From Candidatus Kryptoniota bacterium (GTDB taxonomy: Bacteria; Bacteroidota; Ignavibacteria; Kryptoniales; JAKASW01): a stretch of DNA of 62,237 nucleotides. The DNA is taken from positions 1-62,237 of the forward strand of contig JBJKPN010000188.1 in assembly GCA_046706365.1 (NCBI GenBank). Direction: 5' to 3'. The notes under the pieces were generated by a model. The model saw only the letters and a program-made list of their open reading frames with translations, made no database searches and was not told the origin of the DNA. Position 1 is the stretch's first letter. Each line of letters opens with the position of its first letter. Shown here in pieces: positions 30,409 through 40,559 of the stretch. The translations under genes and the position numbers were made by a program.

Positions 30409-32112
30409 ATGAACTATTACTGGAAACTATCGCAGCATATCGATGAAGATGTTGTTGGTAGGCTTGCCGGTGAATTGAAGGTGAAAAGGATAATCGCCCG
30501 GCTTCTCGTGCAGCGTGGTCTTGATTCGCTCGAGAAGGCCGAAGCTTTCTTTACGCCCGCTCTTTCCAGCCAGCATGATCCGTTCTTGATGGACGGGATG
30601 CGCGATGGAGTCAATCGGGTGCTCGCCGCTTTGGACAGGCACGAAAAGATTCTGATCTACGGCGACTACGATGTCGACGGTACCACGGGCGCAGCACTGC
30701 TCTACATGTTTTTCAGGGAATTGGGTGCGGAAGTGGAATACTATATTCCCGACAGGTTGAAAGAAGGTTACGGAATAAGCACTGCCGGCATCGAGTTTGC
30801 CGCAACTTCGGGTTTCTCGCTCCTGGTCAGTGTGGACTGCGGGGTAGCAGCCAGCAAAGAAGTCTCCTACGCTACGGAAAAGGGAATCGATACAATTATC
30901 TGCGATCATCATGAGGTGGAGAATTGTCCGGTAGCCGTGGCTGTTCTGGATCCTATCAAGCCGGGATGCAACTATCCCTTCAAATATCTTTCAGGCTGCG
31001 GTGTCGCTTACAAGTTTGCCAAGGCCGTCTCAACCGAACTCGGGAAAAGCGAGCTTCCGGATCAATACCTGGACCTCGTGGCAATCGCGGCGGCGGCGGA
31101 TGTCGTCCCGCTTGCGGGAGAAAACAGGATTTTCGTCCAGGCAGGGTTCAACGCCATATCCAGGAAGCCTCGCGCCGGAATTAAGGCACTGCTCGACAGC
31201 GCGCGTACGGATCACAGGAGACTGACGACAGGACAGGTATCGTTCAACATCGCGCCGAGAATCAATGCCGTCGGGCGGCTTGGAGATGCGAAGCGCGCAG
31301 TCGAACTCCTGATAACCGACAACGAGGATGTTGCATCCGAATTCGCACAAGTCCTGGAATCAGAAAACTCGCATCGCAAGATCCTGGACGAGAGGACGTT
31401 CAACGAGGCGAAAGAACAAGCGATTCAAATGCTGGCGGAGGTGGACCGCGATTCACTGGTCCTGCACAGCGAGGCCTGGCATCCTGGGGTCGTGGGTATC
31501 GTAGCCTCGAGGATAGTGGAGACCTTTTACAAGCCGACGATCATGCTTGCTACGGTTGACGGAGTTGTCCGGGGAAGCGCCCGAAGTGTAGTAGGATTCG
31601 ATATCTTCGACGCAATCAGGGAGTGTTCGGATCTTCTGCTGCAGTTCGGAGGACACAAATACGCAGCGGGTCTGGCGCTTGCGCCTGAAAACCTGGAGCG
31701 ATTCTCGGACAGGTTCGAAGAAATCGTCAGGAATACCATAACGGAAGAGATGAAGACACCCGTTATTTCGATCGATGCGGACCTGGACCTCGACGATCTC
31801 GATGGGGATTTTATCGGAACACTCAAGAAGTTCGAACCGTTCGGGCCGCAGAACTCGAAGCCGATTTTCCGAACTTCAAACGTACGTTTAACGGATTCAC
31901 GCATTGTCGGCAGTTCACATCTCAGGATGAAACTTAAGGCTAACGGGGTCACCTTCGACGCGATTAAGTTCAGGAACGGCGACAGCACCATAAAGCCCGG
32001 TACGATGCTCGATGTCGTTTACTCAGTCGATGAAAATCGCTATGCGGGAAATGTATATTACCAGTTGCAGTTGAAAGATTTCAGAAACTCAGAAGAAAGC
32101 TTGGGAGGTTGA
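30409..32112 (+). CDS. recJ: Single-stranded-DNA-specific exonuclease
   Basis: GDYDVDG, DHH, PRINAVGR, GSARS, FGGHKYAAG. Confidence 0.96.
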   Translation: MNYYWKLSQHIDEDVVGRLAGELKVKRIIARLLVQRGLDSLEKAEAFFTPALSSQHDPFLMDGMRDGVNRVLAALDRHEKILIYGDYDVDGTTGAALLYMFFRELGAEVEYYIPDRLKEGYGISTAGIEFAATSGFSLLVSVDCGVAASKEVSYATEKGIDTIICDHHEVENCPVAVAVLDPIKPGCNYPFKYLSGCGVAYKFAKAVSTELGKSELPDQYLDLVAIAAAADVVPLAGENRIFVQAGFNAISRKPRAGIKALLDSARTDHRRLTTGQVSFNIAPRINAVGRLGDAKRAVELLITDNEDVASEFAQVLESENSHRKILDERTFNEAKEQAIQMLAEVDRDSLVLHSEAWHPGVVGIVASRIVETFYKPTIMLATVDGVVRGSARSVVGFDIFDAIRECSDLLLQFGGHKYAAGLALAPENLERFSDRFEEIVRNTITEEMKTPVISIDADLDLDDLDGDFIGTLKKFEPFGPQNSKPIFRTSNVRLTDSRIVGSSHLRMKLKANGVTFDAIKFRNGDSTIKPGTMLDVVYSVDENRYAGNVYYQLQLKDFRNSEESLGG

Positions 32113-32115
32113 ACC

Positions 32116-32865
32116 ATGTCCGGACATAATAAATGGGCAAAGATCAAACACAAGAAGGCGGGCACTGATGCGCAGCGCGGAAAGCTCTTCAGCCGCATTA
32201 TCAAGGAGATAACGATAGCTGCAAGAAACGGCGGGGGAGACCCGAACGGAAATCCGCGACTCCGCCTGGCAATTCAGAACGCTAAAGATTCAAACATGCC
32301 GGCCGACAATATCAAACGTGCCGTCCAGCGTGGAACCGGAGAGCTGCCCGGAACAGTCTACGAGGAGTTGACTTACGAAGGATACGGGCCCGCGGGCGTC
32401 GCGCTCATGGTGGAACTCGTTACCGATAACAAGAACCGGACTGTAGCCGAAATCAGGCATATACTCGACCGGAACAACGGGAAACTGGCCGAGGCCGGCT
32501 CGGTCGCGTGGATGTTCCAGAAGAAAGGCATCATCGAGGTGCCCAGGAATGCCATCGGCGAAGACGATCTCCTCTCCATCATTCTTGAGGCCGGCGCTGA
32601 CGACATGAAAGCTGAGGACGACTACTACGAAGTTACGACATCTGCCGAGACATTCGAGGCAGTCAAGAAAGCGATTGAAGACAAAGGCGTAACTGTTAAC
32701 AACGCCTCTCTGCAGCTGTTGCCGCAGAACACCGTCCATGTAGAAGGCAAGGAGGCCGAACAGGTCCTGAAGCTGATGGAAGCGCTCGAAGAGCATGACG
32801 ACGTCCAAAATGTCAATGCGAACTTCGACATAGACGACAGCGTCCTCGCTCAGCTCAATCAATGA
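32116..32865 (+). CDS. yebC: YebC/PmpR-family protein
   Basis: MSGHNKWAKIKHKK, YEGYGP, DNKNRT. Confidence 0.95.
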   Translation: MSGHNKWAKIKHKKAGTDAQRGKLFSRIIKEITIAARNGGGDPNGNPRLRLAIQNAKDSNMPADNIKRAVQRGTGELPGTVYEELTYEGYGPAGVALMVELVTDNKNRTVAEIRHILDRNNGKLAEAGSVAWMFQKKGIIEVPRNAIGEDDLLSIILEAGADDMKAEDDYYEVTTSAETFEAVKKAIEDKGVTVNNASLQLLPQNTVHVEGKEAEQVLKLMEALEEHDDVQNVNANFDIDDSVLAQLNQ

Positions 32866-33425
32866 TCGTGCTCGGTATCGATCCCGGCTCGCGTAAGACC
32901 GGCTACGCCGTGGTTGAAGTCAAAGGGACCGATAAGTGCATTCTGAATTACGGAACCATCAAGCTGACAGACCTGACAAATATTCCCGACAAGCTCGTCA
33001 GGATATTCGAGAAGGTCCGGGCGCTTCTGGAAGAGTTCGACGTCTCGTCGGTCGCCGTGGAAGCAGGATTTTATGGAAAGAACGCGCAGAGCGCATACAA
33101 ACTCGGGTACGCTCGAAGCGCAGCTGTGCTCGCGGCGGCACTGAAGCGAGTTGAAGTGGTCGAATACTCCCCCAGGAAGGTGAAGCAGGCCGTAACTGGT
33201 AACGGCAACGCCTCCAAGCCTCAAGTCAATTACATGGTGAAGAATCTATTTCGGCTCGACGGAAAAGTCCTCCTGACAGAGGATGAAGCTGACGCCTGCG
33301 CCATCGCCTTGTGCCATCTCCAGAACTCCCGTCTGAGCGGGTCTTCATATAAGAGCTGGAAGGATTTCGTGGAAAAGAACAAGAGGCGCGTTGTGAACCG
33401 AAAGGGAGCCGACCGCGCGCGATGA
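32862..33425 (+). CDS. ruvC: Holliday junction resolvase
   Basis: GIDPGS, VKQAVTGNGNASK, DEADA. Confidence 0.95.
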   Translation: MIVLGIDPGSRKTGYAVVEVKGTDKCILNYGTIKLTDLTNIPDKLVRIFEKVRALLEEFDVSSVAVEAGFYGKNAQSAYKLGYARSAAVLAAALKRVEVVEYSPRKVKQAVTGNGNASKPQVNYMVKNLFRLDGKVLLTEDEADACAIALCHLQNSRLSGSSYKSWKDFVEKNKRRVVNRKGADRAR

Positions 33426-34018
33426 TTTACAAATTGACTGGCCGCCTCCTTGAGAAGAACCCGACCTCGGTAGTAGTCGATGTGGGCGGAGTGGCATACG
33501 AGGTAAATGTTCCTTTGAGCGTGTTCGACAGCATCGGGAAAGCAGGAGACGAGGTCAGTCTATTCACAGTGCTTATTGTGCATGAAGACGACATGGTCCT
33601 CTACGGCTTCGTCACGCAGGACGAAAGACGGCTATTCAGGATGTTAATTGCCGTGACAGGGATCGGTCCCAGAACGGCTCTGAGCCTGCTCTCTTCCGCC
33701 AGCGTTACCGACATTTACGGGTTTATCGCTGCATCAAATGCACAAGCGTTAACTTCAATACCGGGGATCGGCAAGAAAACGGCCGAGAGGCTTGTCTTGG
33801 AACTTCGGGACAAGATTCACCGGGCCGGAATAGAACTGGGAGGGGATAAACTCGGAGCCCGGGAGGAAGTCAGGGGAGAAGCCGTCGAAGCCCTGGTAGC
33901 ACTGGGGTACTCCCGCCTTCAATGTGAGCGTGCAGTGAGAGAAGCACTCAAGAGGGATTCTTCTTCCGGCGACAGCGTGGAACAGCTGGTTCGATCGGCT
34001 TTGAAAGATGTAAAGTAA
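33422..34018 (+). CDS. ruvA: Holliday junction branch migration protein
   Basis: VDVGGVAYEV, LYGF, GIGPRTA, IPGIGKKTAERL. Confidence 0.95.
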   Translation: MIYKLTGRLLEKNPTSVVVDVGGVAYEVNVPLSVFDSIGKAGDEVSLFTVLIVHEDDMVLYGFVTQDERRLFRMLIAVTGIGPRTALSLLSSASVTDIYGFIAASNAQALTSIPGIGKKTAERLVLELRDKIHRAGIELGGDKLGAREEVRGEAVEALVALGYSRLQCERAVREALKRDSSSGDSVEQLVRSALKDVK

Positions 34019-34152
34019 ACAAGAACATTGGTGGTTCGGGTAGATCGCACAAGTCACATCAGACTTGTGCCCGCAGGTAGGTTGCAAACAAGACAACAGA
34101 AGTGTTCAGGGAACACCCGCCGATTCTTCGTTATCAATTACGAACCCCTTTT

Positions 34153-34180
34153 TTGAAAAGTATGCACCCGGGAGTATATT
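34153..34180 (+). promoter_or_regulatory. sigma70-like promoter; alr possibly leaderless
   Basis: TTGAAA-N16-TATATT with ATG 6 nt downstream (34187). Confidence 0.5.
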
Positions 34181-34186
34181 ACACAA

Positions 34187-35317
34187 ATGAGAGTAACAAA
34201 AGCTGAAGTCGACCTGTCGGCAATCAGATACAATATAAGTCAGGTGGCCCGCAGAGTCGGAAGCCGCGTGCGTATCATGGGTGTCGTAAAGGCAAACGCA
34301 TACGGGCACGGACTGGTCCCGGTGATGCAGGCGGTAGTAGAGGCCGGTGCCTCTTACCTCGGTGTCGCTATTGTAGAGGAAGGGATTGAGCTCAGGCGGC
34401 ATACTAACGTACCAATTCTTGTGTTTTCTGCACCGGTCGATGATTCACTCGAGGCCATGGTGAGGTTCGACCTGGAAGCCTCGATCTCGTCGATCGAGTC
34501 GGCCCACGCCCTGAATTCCGTTGCAAAGTCGGCAGGCAAAAAGGCGAAAGTCCAGATCAAAATCGACACCGGGATGGGGAGGCTCGGCTTCTTTCCGAAC
34601 GTCGCTCTCGACGCCATAAGAGCGATATCGAATCTCGAATATTTGTCGATAGCCGGCGTTTACTCCCACTTTGCCACTTCCGACGAGGCTAACAAAGAGT
34701 TTGCCTATCGGCAGCTGTATGATTTCCGGGACATAGTGTCGGCAATACGAGATGCAGGAATCCCGGTTCCCCTCTTCCACATGGCAAACAGCGGCGCCAT
34801 TCTGGATCTGACTGAGAGCTACTTCGACATGGTTCGCCCCGGCATAATGACCTACGGCTACTACCCTTCAACTGAGACAAGTGAATCCGTCGATATCAGG
34901 CCGGCTCTTTCGTTGAAGTCCAGCCTGGTTCATATCAAGACATTCCAGCCGGGAAAGAGCGTAAGTTACGGAAGGAAGTATTTCACGAAGGGAAACAGCA
35001 GAATCGGAATCATTCCCATCGGATATGGCGACGGCTACACGAGACTGTTGACCGGCAAGACCTCCGTCCTTATCAAAGGAAGGAAGTACCCGGTGGTCGG
35101 GACTATAACGATGGATCACATCATGGTGGATCTGGGTAGTGAATTCGAGATTCAGCCGGGCGACGAAGTCACCCTCATCGGAATAAGCGGTGACAGCGCA
35201 ATTACTGCATGGGACCTTGCGGCGAACCTGGGAACGATACCCTACGAGATCCTGTGCATGATAAACAACCGTGTCCCGCGAATATATATAGGTTCAAATT
35301 CATTCACAGCAGACTAG
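34187..35317 (+). CDS. alr: Alanine racemase
   Basis: VVKANAYGHG, KIDTGMGRLG, SHFA, VRPGI, SYG, GTIPYE. Confidence 0.96.
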   Translation: MRVTKAEVDLSAIRYNISQVARRVGSRVRIMGVVKANAYGHGLVPVMQAVVEAGASYLGVAIVEEGIELRRHTNVPILVFSAPVDDSLEAMVRFDLEASISSIESAHALNSVAKSAGKKAKVQIKIDTGMGRLGFFPNVALDAIRAISNLEYLSIAGVYSHFATSDEANKEFAYRQLYDFRDIVSAIRDAGIPVPLFHMANSGAILDLTESYFDMVRPGIMTYGYYPSTETSESVDIRPALSLKSSLVHIKTFQPGKSVSYGRKYFTKGNSRIGIIPIGYGDGYTRLLTGKTSVLIKGRKYPVVGTITMDHIMVDLGSEFEIQPGDEVTLIGISGDSAITAWDLAANLGTIPYEILCMINNRVPRIYIGSNSFTAD

Positions 35318-35325
35318 AGAGAACC

Positions 35326-36408
35326 ATGAGAGTTTTTGCAGTCATAATGGCAGGCGGTGTCGGGTCGAGGTTCTGGCCGAAAAGCCGTGAGGCGATGCCA
35401 AAACAGTTTCAGAACGTCTTCGGTGACCGGTCGTTGTACCAGCGAACTTATGACAGGATCTCGGAAATTGTGACGCCGGAAAACACATTCGTCGTAACTA
35501 ATAGGGTCCAGAAGGCAGCAGCAACTTCCCAATTGCCCGACCTTCCCGAGAAGAACATTATTGTCGAACCGTTCGGAAGGAACACTGCCCCCTGTATAGC
35601 GGCGGCAGCATCTGCGATTTCGTCGGTTTCAGAAGACGGCGTCATGGTTGTTCTCCCGTCGGACCATCTGATATCCCAGGAAGATAAATTCGTAACCCAG
35701 ATGAAGGATGCCGTACGGCTTGCGGACAAAGAACGCGCCCTGGTCACCCTCGGAATAAAACCGACGCATCCGGAGACAGGTTTTGGCTATATACATTTCG
35801 ACCCGCATACGGACAAACAAGACCTCCTTGATCACGGCGGGCGGAGCGTCATTGAATTCAGGGAGAAGCCCGACGTCAAGACCGCAATCGGATTCCTTGA
35901 AAGCGGTGAATATCTCTGGAACAGCGGCATGTTCATATGGCGGGTGGACGTGATACTGGAAGAGCTCAGGAAGAATCTGACACATTTTGGTGATTTTCAT
36001 TCGTCACTAAAGGATTCATTCGGAAATCCGGATTTCGCAAAACTACTTGAAGAATTCTACCTCCGCGTCCCGTCGATTTCCGTCGACTACGCAGTGATGG
36101 AGAAGGCCAAAAATGTACTTACGATTCCCAGCAATTTCATCTGGAGCGATGTAGGTTCATGGGATGAAGTCTATAAACTTGGTGACAGAGACTCCGATGG
36201 AAATTCTATCAAGGGGGACGTAGTATCTGTGAGGAGTGCCAACAATCTCATATGGACCGAAGAGAAGACGTTTGCACTTGTAGGAATTGAGAATCTCATC
36301 GTAGTTGAAACACAGGACGCCGTCCTCATCTGCAAAAGAGGGGAGTCTCAGGGCGTGAAAGAGATCGTGGAGATACTCAGGAAGCATGATCGACAGGATC
36401 TGGTTTGA
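35326..36408 (+). CDS. manC: Mannose-1-phosphate guanylyltransferase
   Basis: MAGGVGSRFWP...PKQF, RNTAPC, PSDH, WNSGMF, WSDVGSW; start ATG 35326. Confidence 0.9.
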   Translation: MRVFAVIMAGGVGSRFWPKSREAMPKQFQNVFGDRSLYQRTYDRISEIVTPENTFVVTNRVQKAAATSQLPDLPEKNIIVEPFGRNTAPCIAAAASAISSVSEDGVMVVLPSDHLISQEDKFVTQMKDAVRLADKERALVTLGIKPTHPETGFGYIHFDPHTDKQDLLDHGGRSVIEFREKPDVKTAIGFLESGEYLWNSGMFIWRVDVILEELRKNLTHFGDFHSSLKDSFGNPDFAKLLEEFYLRVPSISVDYAVMEKAKNVLTIPSNFIWSDVGSWDEVYKLGDRDSDGNSIKGDVVSVRSANNLIWTEEKTFALVGIENLIVVETQDAVLICKRGESQGVKEIVEILRKHDRQDLV

Positions 36409-36848
36409 GGACGCTTCTGTCGGCCGCCATCTGCGTCTCTGCAATTTATTTTGCCGGATGTTCCGCGGCCGCTCGTTTCACCGGCGCAGGCCCGGCGCCT
36501 TCACCAGCACCTGTTTCTACATTCCGCGGCAAAGTCCTTCTCACCGTCGAGGGCGTTGCGTCGTACTATTCGACCGGCTTCAACGGGAAAAGGACTGCGA
36601 GCGGTGAAATGTTCAACAAGGATGCACTCACAGCGGCCCATCGGGAGTTTCCGTTCGGTACACTTCTACGTGTAACAAATTTGGACAATAACGAGAGTGT
36701 CGAAGTGGTCGTAAACGATCGAGGCCCTTTCAAGAAATCAAGGATTATCGACCTTTCGGAGGCTGCGGCCCGCGATATAGGAATGATCAGGAACGGCACC
36801 GCAATGGTCAGGATCCAGGTTCTGAAATGGGGCACCGAGAATAAGTAA
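36405..36848 (+). CDS. rlpA: RlpA-family lytic transglycosylase lipoprotein
   Basis: Lipobox FAGC, GVASYY, TAAHRE, NDRGPF, IIDLS. Confidence 0.9.
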   Translation: MRTLLSAAICVSAIYFAGCSAAARFTGAGPAPSPAPVSTFRGKVLLTVEGVASYYSTGFNGKRTASGEMFNKDALTAAHREFPFGTLLRVTNLDNNESVEVVVNDRGPFKKSRIIDLSEAAARDIGMIRNGTAMVRIQVLKWGTENK

Positions 36849-36879
36849 GAGGCGTCGAGAAAATCGTGGCGAGCAGGGT

Positions 36880-37407
36880 ATGCAGGACTTTTCGTCAGAT
36901 GATTTGAAAAGACTCTTCAGGAACGGGGAAGATTTCAACGACCTGTTCGAAGTATTCCGTGAGGCAATCGACCGACAGGTATCCGACGTCGACACCTACA
37001 GGGAATTGTTCTGGAACACCCGCCTGAAACCCGAGGAGCTCCTCTTTTTCGCAAAGAAGCTGGAGAGAGTCTTCCCGCAGCTAGGCTTCGACGTTTACAT
37101 CTGGCTCTCGAGAGTAATGGAAACAAAAGGCCCGAGCATCGATACTATCGAGTTGTCCTTTCTCTGCCTGAAGAAGGCTTCGGAGTTTAACCGCAAGGCC
37201 AGCGAACCGTTCATTTCGGCCTGCAACTTATTCGACCCCGATCTGAAGATCCCATCTCTTGAGAGCATTGCCTCGTTCCTGAAGGAGGGCATACCGGAAG
37301 TGGAAGATCCAATCGTTCTGTATACGCGGCTTTCGCAACTATACTCCGCCATGGGGAACGATGAGATGTCTGAATTCTTCGGCAGAAAGGCACACCCCAC
37401 TTCTTGA
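36880..37407 (+). CDS. Hypothetical helical protein
   Basis: 175-aa ORF in operon context overlapping the next gene; no family recognised. Confidence 0.7.
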   Translation: MQDFSSDDLKRLFRNGEDFNDLFEVFREAIDRQVSDVDTYRELFWNTRLKPEELLFFAKKLERVFPQLGFDVYIWLSRVMETKGPSIDTIELSFLCLKKASEFNRKASEPFISACNLFDPDLKIPSLESIASFLKEGIPEVEDPIVLYTRLSQLYSAMGNDEMSEFFGRKAHPTS

Positions 37408-38279
37408 CCAAGAAGCTCAAAGGCTATTTAAGTATTTTCGGTGCGGCGTTATTCTGGGGGACGTCAGCAACGGCTGCGAAGTCGCTGTTTGAACGCAACA
37501 TCTCTCCGTTGCTTCTGGTCGAGTCCCGGGTGATACTCGCAGCCGTTTTTCTCGTTACTGTCTTCCTCATCGTGAACCGCAAGCTTCTAAGCGTAAGACC
37601 CGCGGATCTGTGGGACTTTGCGCTCCTCGGCATTCTCGGAGTAGCCGGCTCGAATTACACGTATTACATGGCGATCCAGGAGACCACTGTAGGGATCGCA
37701 ATTCTGATGCAGTATACGGCGCCTGCACTCGTCGCCGCCTTCATGGTGATAACCCGGCAGGAAAGCATAAGCAGGGTCAAGCTCATCGCGCTCCTTTCAT
37801 CTCTCGCCGGATGCACCGTAATGTTGGGGGCATTCGATCCTGCCATTCACCTGACTCCTCTCGGGATCACGTTCGGAATGCTTTCGGCATTGTGCTTTGC
37901 ATTTTTCAACGTGTACTACAAAGCCGCCAGCAAGCACTACCCGATTTGGACGGCCCTGACATACACTTTGCTAAGCGCCGGCGTATTCTGGATCATACTC
38001 GACGTGTTCTTCCGGACCGGAATCGCAGTCAGCACCACGGGTGAAGTATGGGCATTGGTCTTGTTCTCCATCTCTTCCGCATTGATACCATATTTCTTCT
38101 ATTTCAACGGATTGAAGTATCTTGTCCCTTCCACCGCCATTATTGTCTCGACACTCGAACCGGTGATTGCGATTTTCAGCGCTTTTGTTATTTTAGGAGA
38201 AACACTGTACCTCGAGCAAATAGCCGGCGGCGCACTTGTAATACTGGCTGTCATACTCCTGGAGACGCGCAAGGAATGA
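37404..38279 (+). CDS. EamA/DMT-family transporter
   Basis: About 10 TM segments, LQYTAP-like motif (MQYTAP), TLEPVIA, LGE. Confidence 0.9.
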   Translation: MTKKLKGYLSIFGAALFWGTSATAAKSLFERNISPLLLVESRVILAAVFLVTVFLIVNRKLLSVRPADLWDFALLGILGVAGSNYTYYMAIQETTVGIAILMQYTAPALVAAFMVITRQESISRVKLIALLSSLAGCTVMLGAFDPAIHLTPLGITFGMLSALCFAFFNVYYKAASKHYPIWTALTYTLLSAGVFWIILDVFFRTGIAVSTTGEVWALVLFSISSALIPYFFYFNGLKYLVPSTAIIVSTLEPVIAIFSAFVILGETLYLEQIAGGALVILAVILLETRKE

Positions 38280-38857
38280 AATCAGAACGAAGGATCGAAA
38301 AGCTGTCAAGGGCATTGAGGAAGACGCAGCCCGACCTTACAATAGTTCTTGAGAATATTCACGATCCGCACAATGTAAGCGCAATATTGAGGACATGCGA
38401 CGCAGTGGGAGTCAGGAATCTAAAACTGCTCTACACCAACGAATCATTTCCCAAAATCGGCAGAAAGAGTTCTGCAAGCGCATATAAGTGGGTCGAGAGA
38501 GAAAAGTACAGTTCCGTCGAAACGTGCTACCAAGTTTTGAGGTCTCAGGGATTCACGATAGCAGCCAGCGTACTGAGTGTGAATGCAGTATCGTTATACG
38601 AGCTCGACCTCAATCAAAAGATCGCGCTCGTGTTCGGAAATGAGCACAGGGGAGTGTCGGAAGAGGCAAGCCGATCAGCAGATATCCGTTTTCAAATCCC
38701 CATGTACGGCATGATACAGAGCCTGAATGTGTCCGTTGCTTCAGCTGTAACACTCTACGAAGCGCTGCGGCAAAGGACGTGTCGAGGTGAGCTTCCCGAC
38801 CAACGAATCAGTGACGAAGAATTGCAGCAGCTGCTGTCGGAGTGGATGAAGAAGTGA
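38276..38857 (+). CDS. trmH: TrmH-family tRNA 2'-O-methyltransferase (SPOUT)
   Basis: HDPHNVSAILRTCDAVG, FGNEHRG, IPMYGMIQSLNVSVA; start ATG 38276. Confidence 0.85.
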   Translation: MKSERRIEKLSRALRKTQPDLTIVLENIHDPHNVSAILRTCDAVGVRNLKLLYTNESFPKIGRKSSASAYKWVEREKYSSVETCYQVLRSQGFTIAASVLSVNAVSLYELDLNQKIALVFGNEHRGVSEEASRSADIRFQIPMYGMIQSLNVSVASAVTLYEALRQRTCRGELPDQRISDEELQQLLSEWMKK

Positions 38858-38864
38858 CCGGAGG

Positions 38865-38893
38865 TTGACTTTGTCCGCATCAAGGTTTAAAAT
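38865..38893 (+). promoter_or_regulatory. Near-consensus sigma70 promoter of the AmmeMemoRadiSam operon
   Basis: TTGACT-N17-TAAAAT followed by GGAGGAGG SD. Confidence 0.7.
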
Positions 38894-38913
38894 TCAACTA
38901 GTCGGAGGAGGTC

Positions 38914-39969
38914 ATGGCTGAGACATTAACTCTCAAAAGCATACTTCAGGATCACACAATCGATGGAGATTTGTGTGAGAAGTTGCAGAACGACTGGGTG
39001 CTCTGCTATGCCTGCGGTCACAGATGCAAGATAAAGCCGGGCCGCGAAGGCATTTGTCATGTCAGGTATAATCAGGACGGAAAACTCAAGGTCCCATATG
39101 GATATGCGGCTGGTATTCAGCTCGACCCGATAGAGAAGAAACCCTTCTTCCACGCCTTTCCGGGCGCAAACGCACTGAGTTTTGGAATGCTCGGCTGCGA
39201 CTACCATTGCGCCTATTGTCAAAACTGGATAACGAGCCAGGCGATTAGGGACCCATCGGCCATGTCGCATCCGGAGCTGGTCGGTCCCGAAAAGATCGTC
39301 GAGCTGGCGATGCTCTACCGATCGCCCGTTCTCGTTTCAACATATAACGAGCCGCTGATCACAAGCGAATGGGCAGTCGAGATATTGAAACTTGCAAGAC
39401 CCTACGGCATTCACGGGGCCTATGTATCGAACGGCAATGCGACACCGGAAGTCCTCGACTACATAAAGCCGTACGTGGATTTGTATAAAGTCGACCTCAA
39501 GAGTTTTGATGAAAGGAAATACAGACAGCTCGGCGGGCGGTTGAGCGTGGTTCTCGACACAATCCGGCTGTTGAAAGAAAAGGGATTCTGGGTGGAGATC
39601 GTCACGCTTGTCATTCCCGGTTTCAATGACAGCGAATCGGAGCTGAGGAGTATAGCGAGCTTCATCGCGTCAGTGTCGCCGGAGATTCCATGGCACGTGA
39701 CTGCCTTCCACCAGGATTATCATATGATGGACCGTCATAATACCGGCGCAAACGGGCTCATGAAGGCGGCGGCCCTGGGCAAGGAGGCCGGCCTCTCATT
39801 TGTATATGCCGGAAATCTTCCCGGTATGGTAGTCAATCTTGAAAATACCTACTGTCCTTCGTGCAATACCATTCTTGTGGAGAGGGAAGGCTATAGAGTC
39901 ATTAAGAACCGGATTGTCGATGGAAGCTGTCCGAAATGTCGAAGAATTATCCCCGGTGTATGGAAGTAA
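38914..39969 (+). CDS. amrS: AmmeMemoRadiSam system radical SAM enzyme
   Basis: N-terminal CxxC..C, DPIEKKP, CDYHCAYCQN radical SAM motif, YNEP, C-terminal CPSC/CPKC. Confidence 0.9.
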   Translation: MAETLTLKSILQDHTIDGDLCEKLQNDWVLCYACGHRCKIKPGREGICHVRYNQDGKLKVPYGYAAGIQLDPIEKKPFFHAFPGANALSFGMLGCDYHCAYCQNWITSQAIRDPSAMSHPELVGPEKIVELAMLYRSPVLVSTYNEPLITSEWAVEILKLARPYGIHGAYVSNGNATPEVLDYIKPYVDLYKVDLKSFDERKYRQLGGRLSVVLDTIRLLKEKGFWVEIVTLVIPGFNDSESELRSIASFIASVSPEIPWHVTAFHQDYHMMDRHNTGANGLMKAAALGKEAGLSFVYAGNLPGMVVNLENTYCPSCNTILVEREGYRVIKNRIVDGSCPKCRRIIPGVWK

Positions 39970-40559
39970 ATATTCAACTTTCCCTGGATGAGAAGAAAGA
40001 ACTGCTCGGGCTCGCGCGACAGGCCATCCTGCATGCTGCATCACGCCAGCCATATTCACCGGAACCTCCCCCCAACCCGGAGCTCAGGAAAAACGCGGGC
40101 GGTTTCGTCACCCTCCGCAAGAACGGGGAACTGAGAGGATGCATCGGATATGTCGAGGCCAGGCTACCTCTGTTCCGGACTATAGCGGAAACAGCCGCGA
40201 AGGCTGCTGTCGGCGATCCGAGATTCGAAGCCGTGTCGCCTGACGAAATCAAAGATTTGGACGTTGAGATATCAGTGTTGTCGCCATTGAAGGAGATAAA
40301 GAATCCGGATGACGTCATCGTCGGGAAACACGGCATTATGATCGAGAAAGGCTTCTACAGGGGATTGCTTCTTCCACAGGTAGCGACAGAGAATAACTGG
40401 GACAGAGACCAGTTTCTGAGCTACACCTGTGTTAAGGCCGGCCTTGAGCGGAGCTGCTACAGGGAGCCCGGAGTCAAGATTTTTGTTTTTACCGCAGAGA
40501 TATTTAGTGAGGAAGAATTGGGGGCAGCAAGAGAGGAGAGTTCAGTTGAAAGAACGTGA
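39960..40559 (+). CDS. amrA: AmmeMemoRadiSam system protein A (AMMECR1 family)
   Basis: FVTL...LRGCIG, DPRF, EISVLS, LLPQVA; start ATG 39960. Confidence 0.92.
   Translation: MEVNIQLSLDEKKELLGLARQAILHAASRQPYSPEPPPNPELRKNAGGFVTLRKNGELRGCIGYVEARLPLFRTIAETAAKAAVGDPRFEAVSPDEIKDLDVEISVLSPLKEIKNPDDVIVGKHGIMIEKGFYRGLLLPQVATENNWDRDQFLSYTCVKAGLERSCYREPGVKIFVFTAEIFSEEELGAAREESSVERT

Noticed and set aside
32862-34018. ruvC-ruvA without ruvB
   Set aside because: ruvB is often encoded separately; absence from one window is uninformative
34103-34115. TGTTC-N3-GAACA as a LexA box
   Set aside because: Spacing differs from the N4 motif I recall, and it lies downstream rather than upstream of the repair genes
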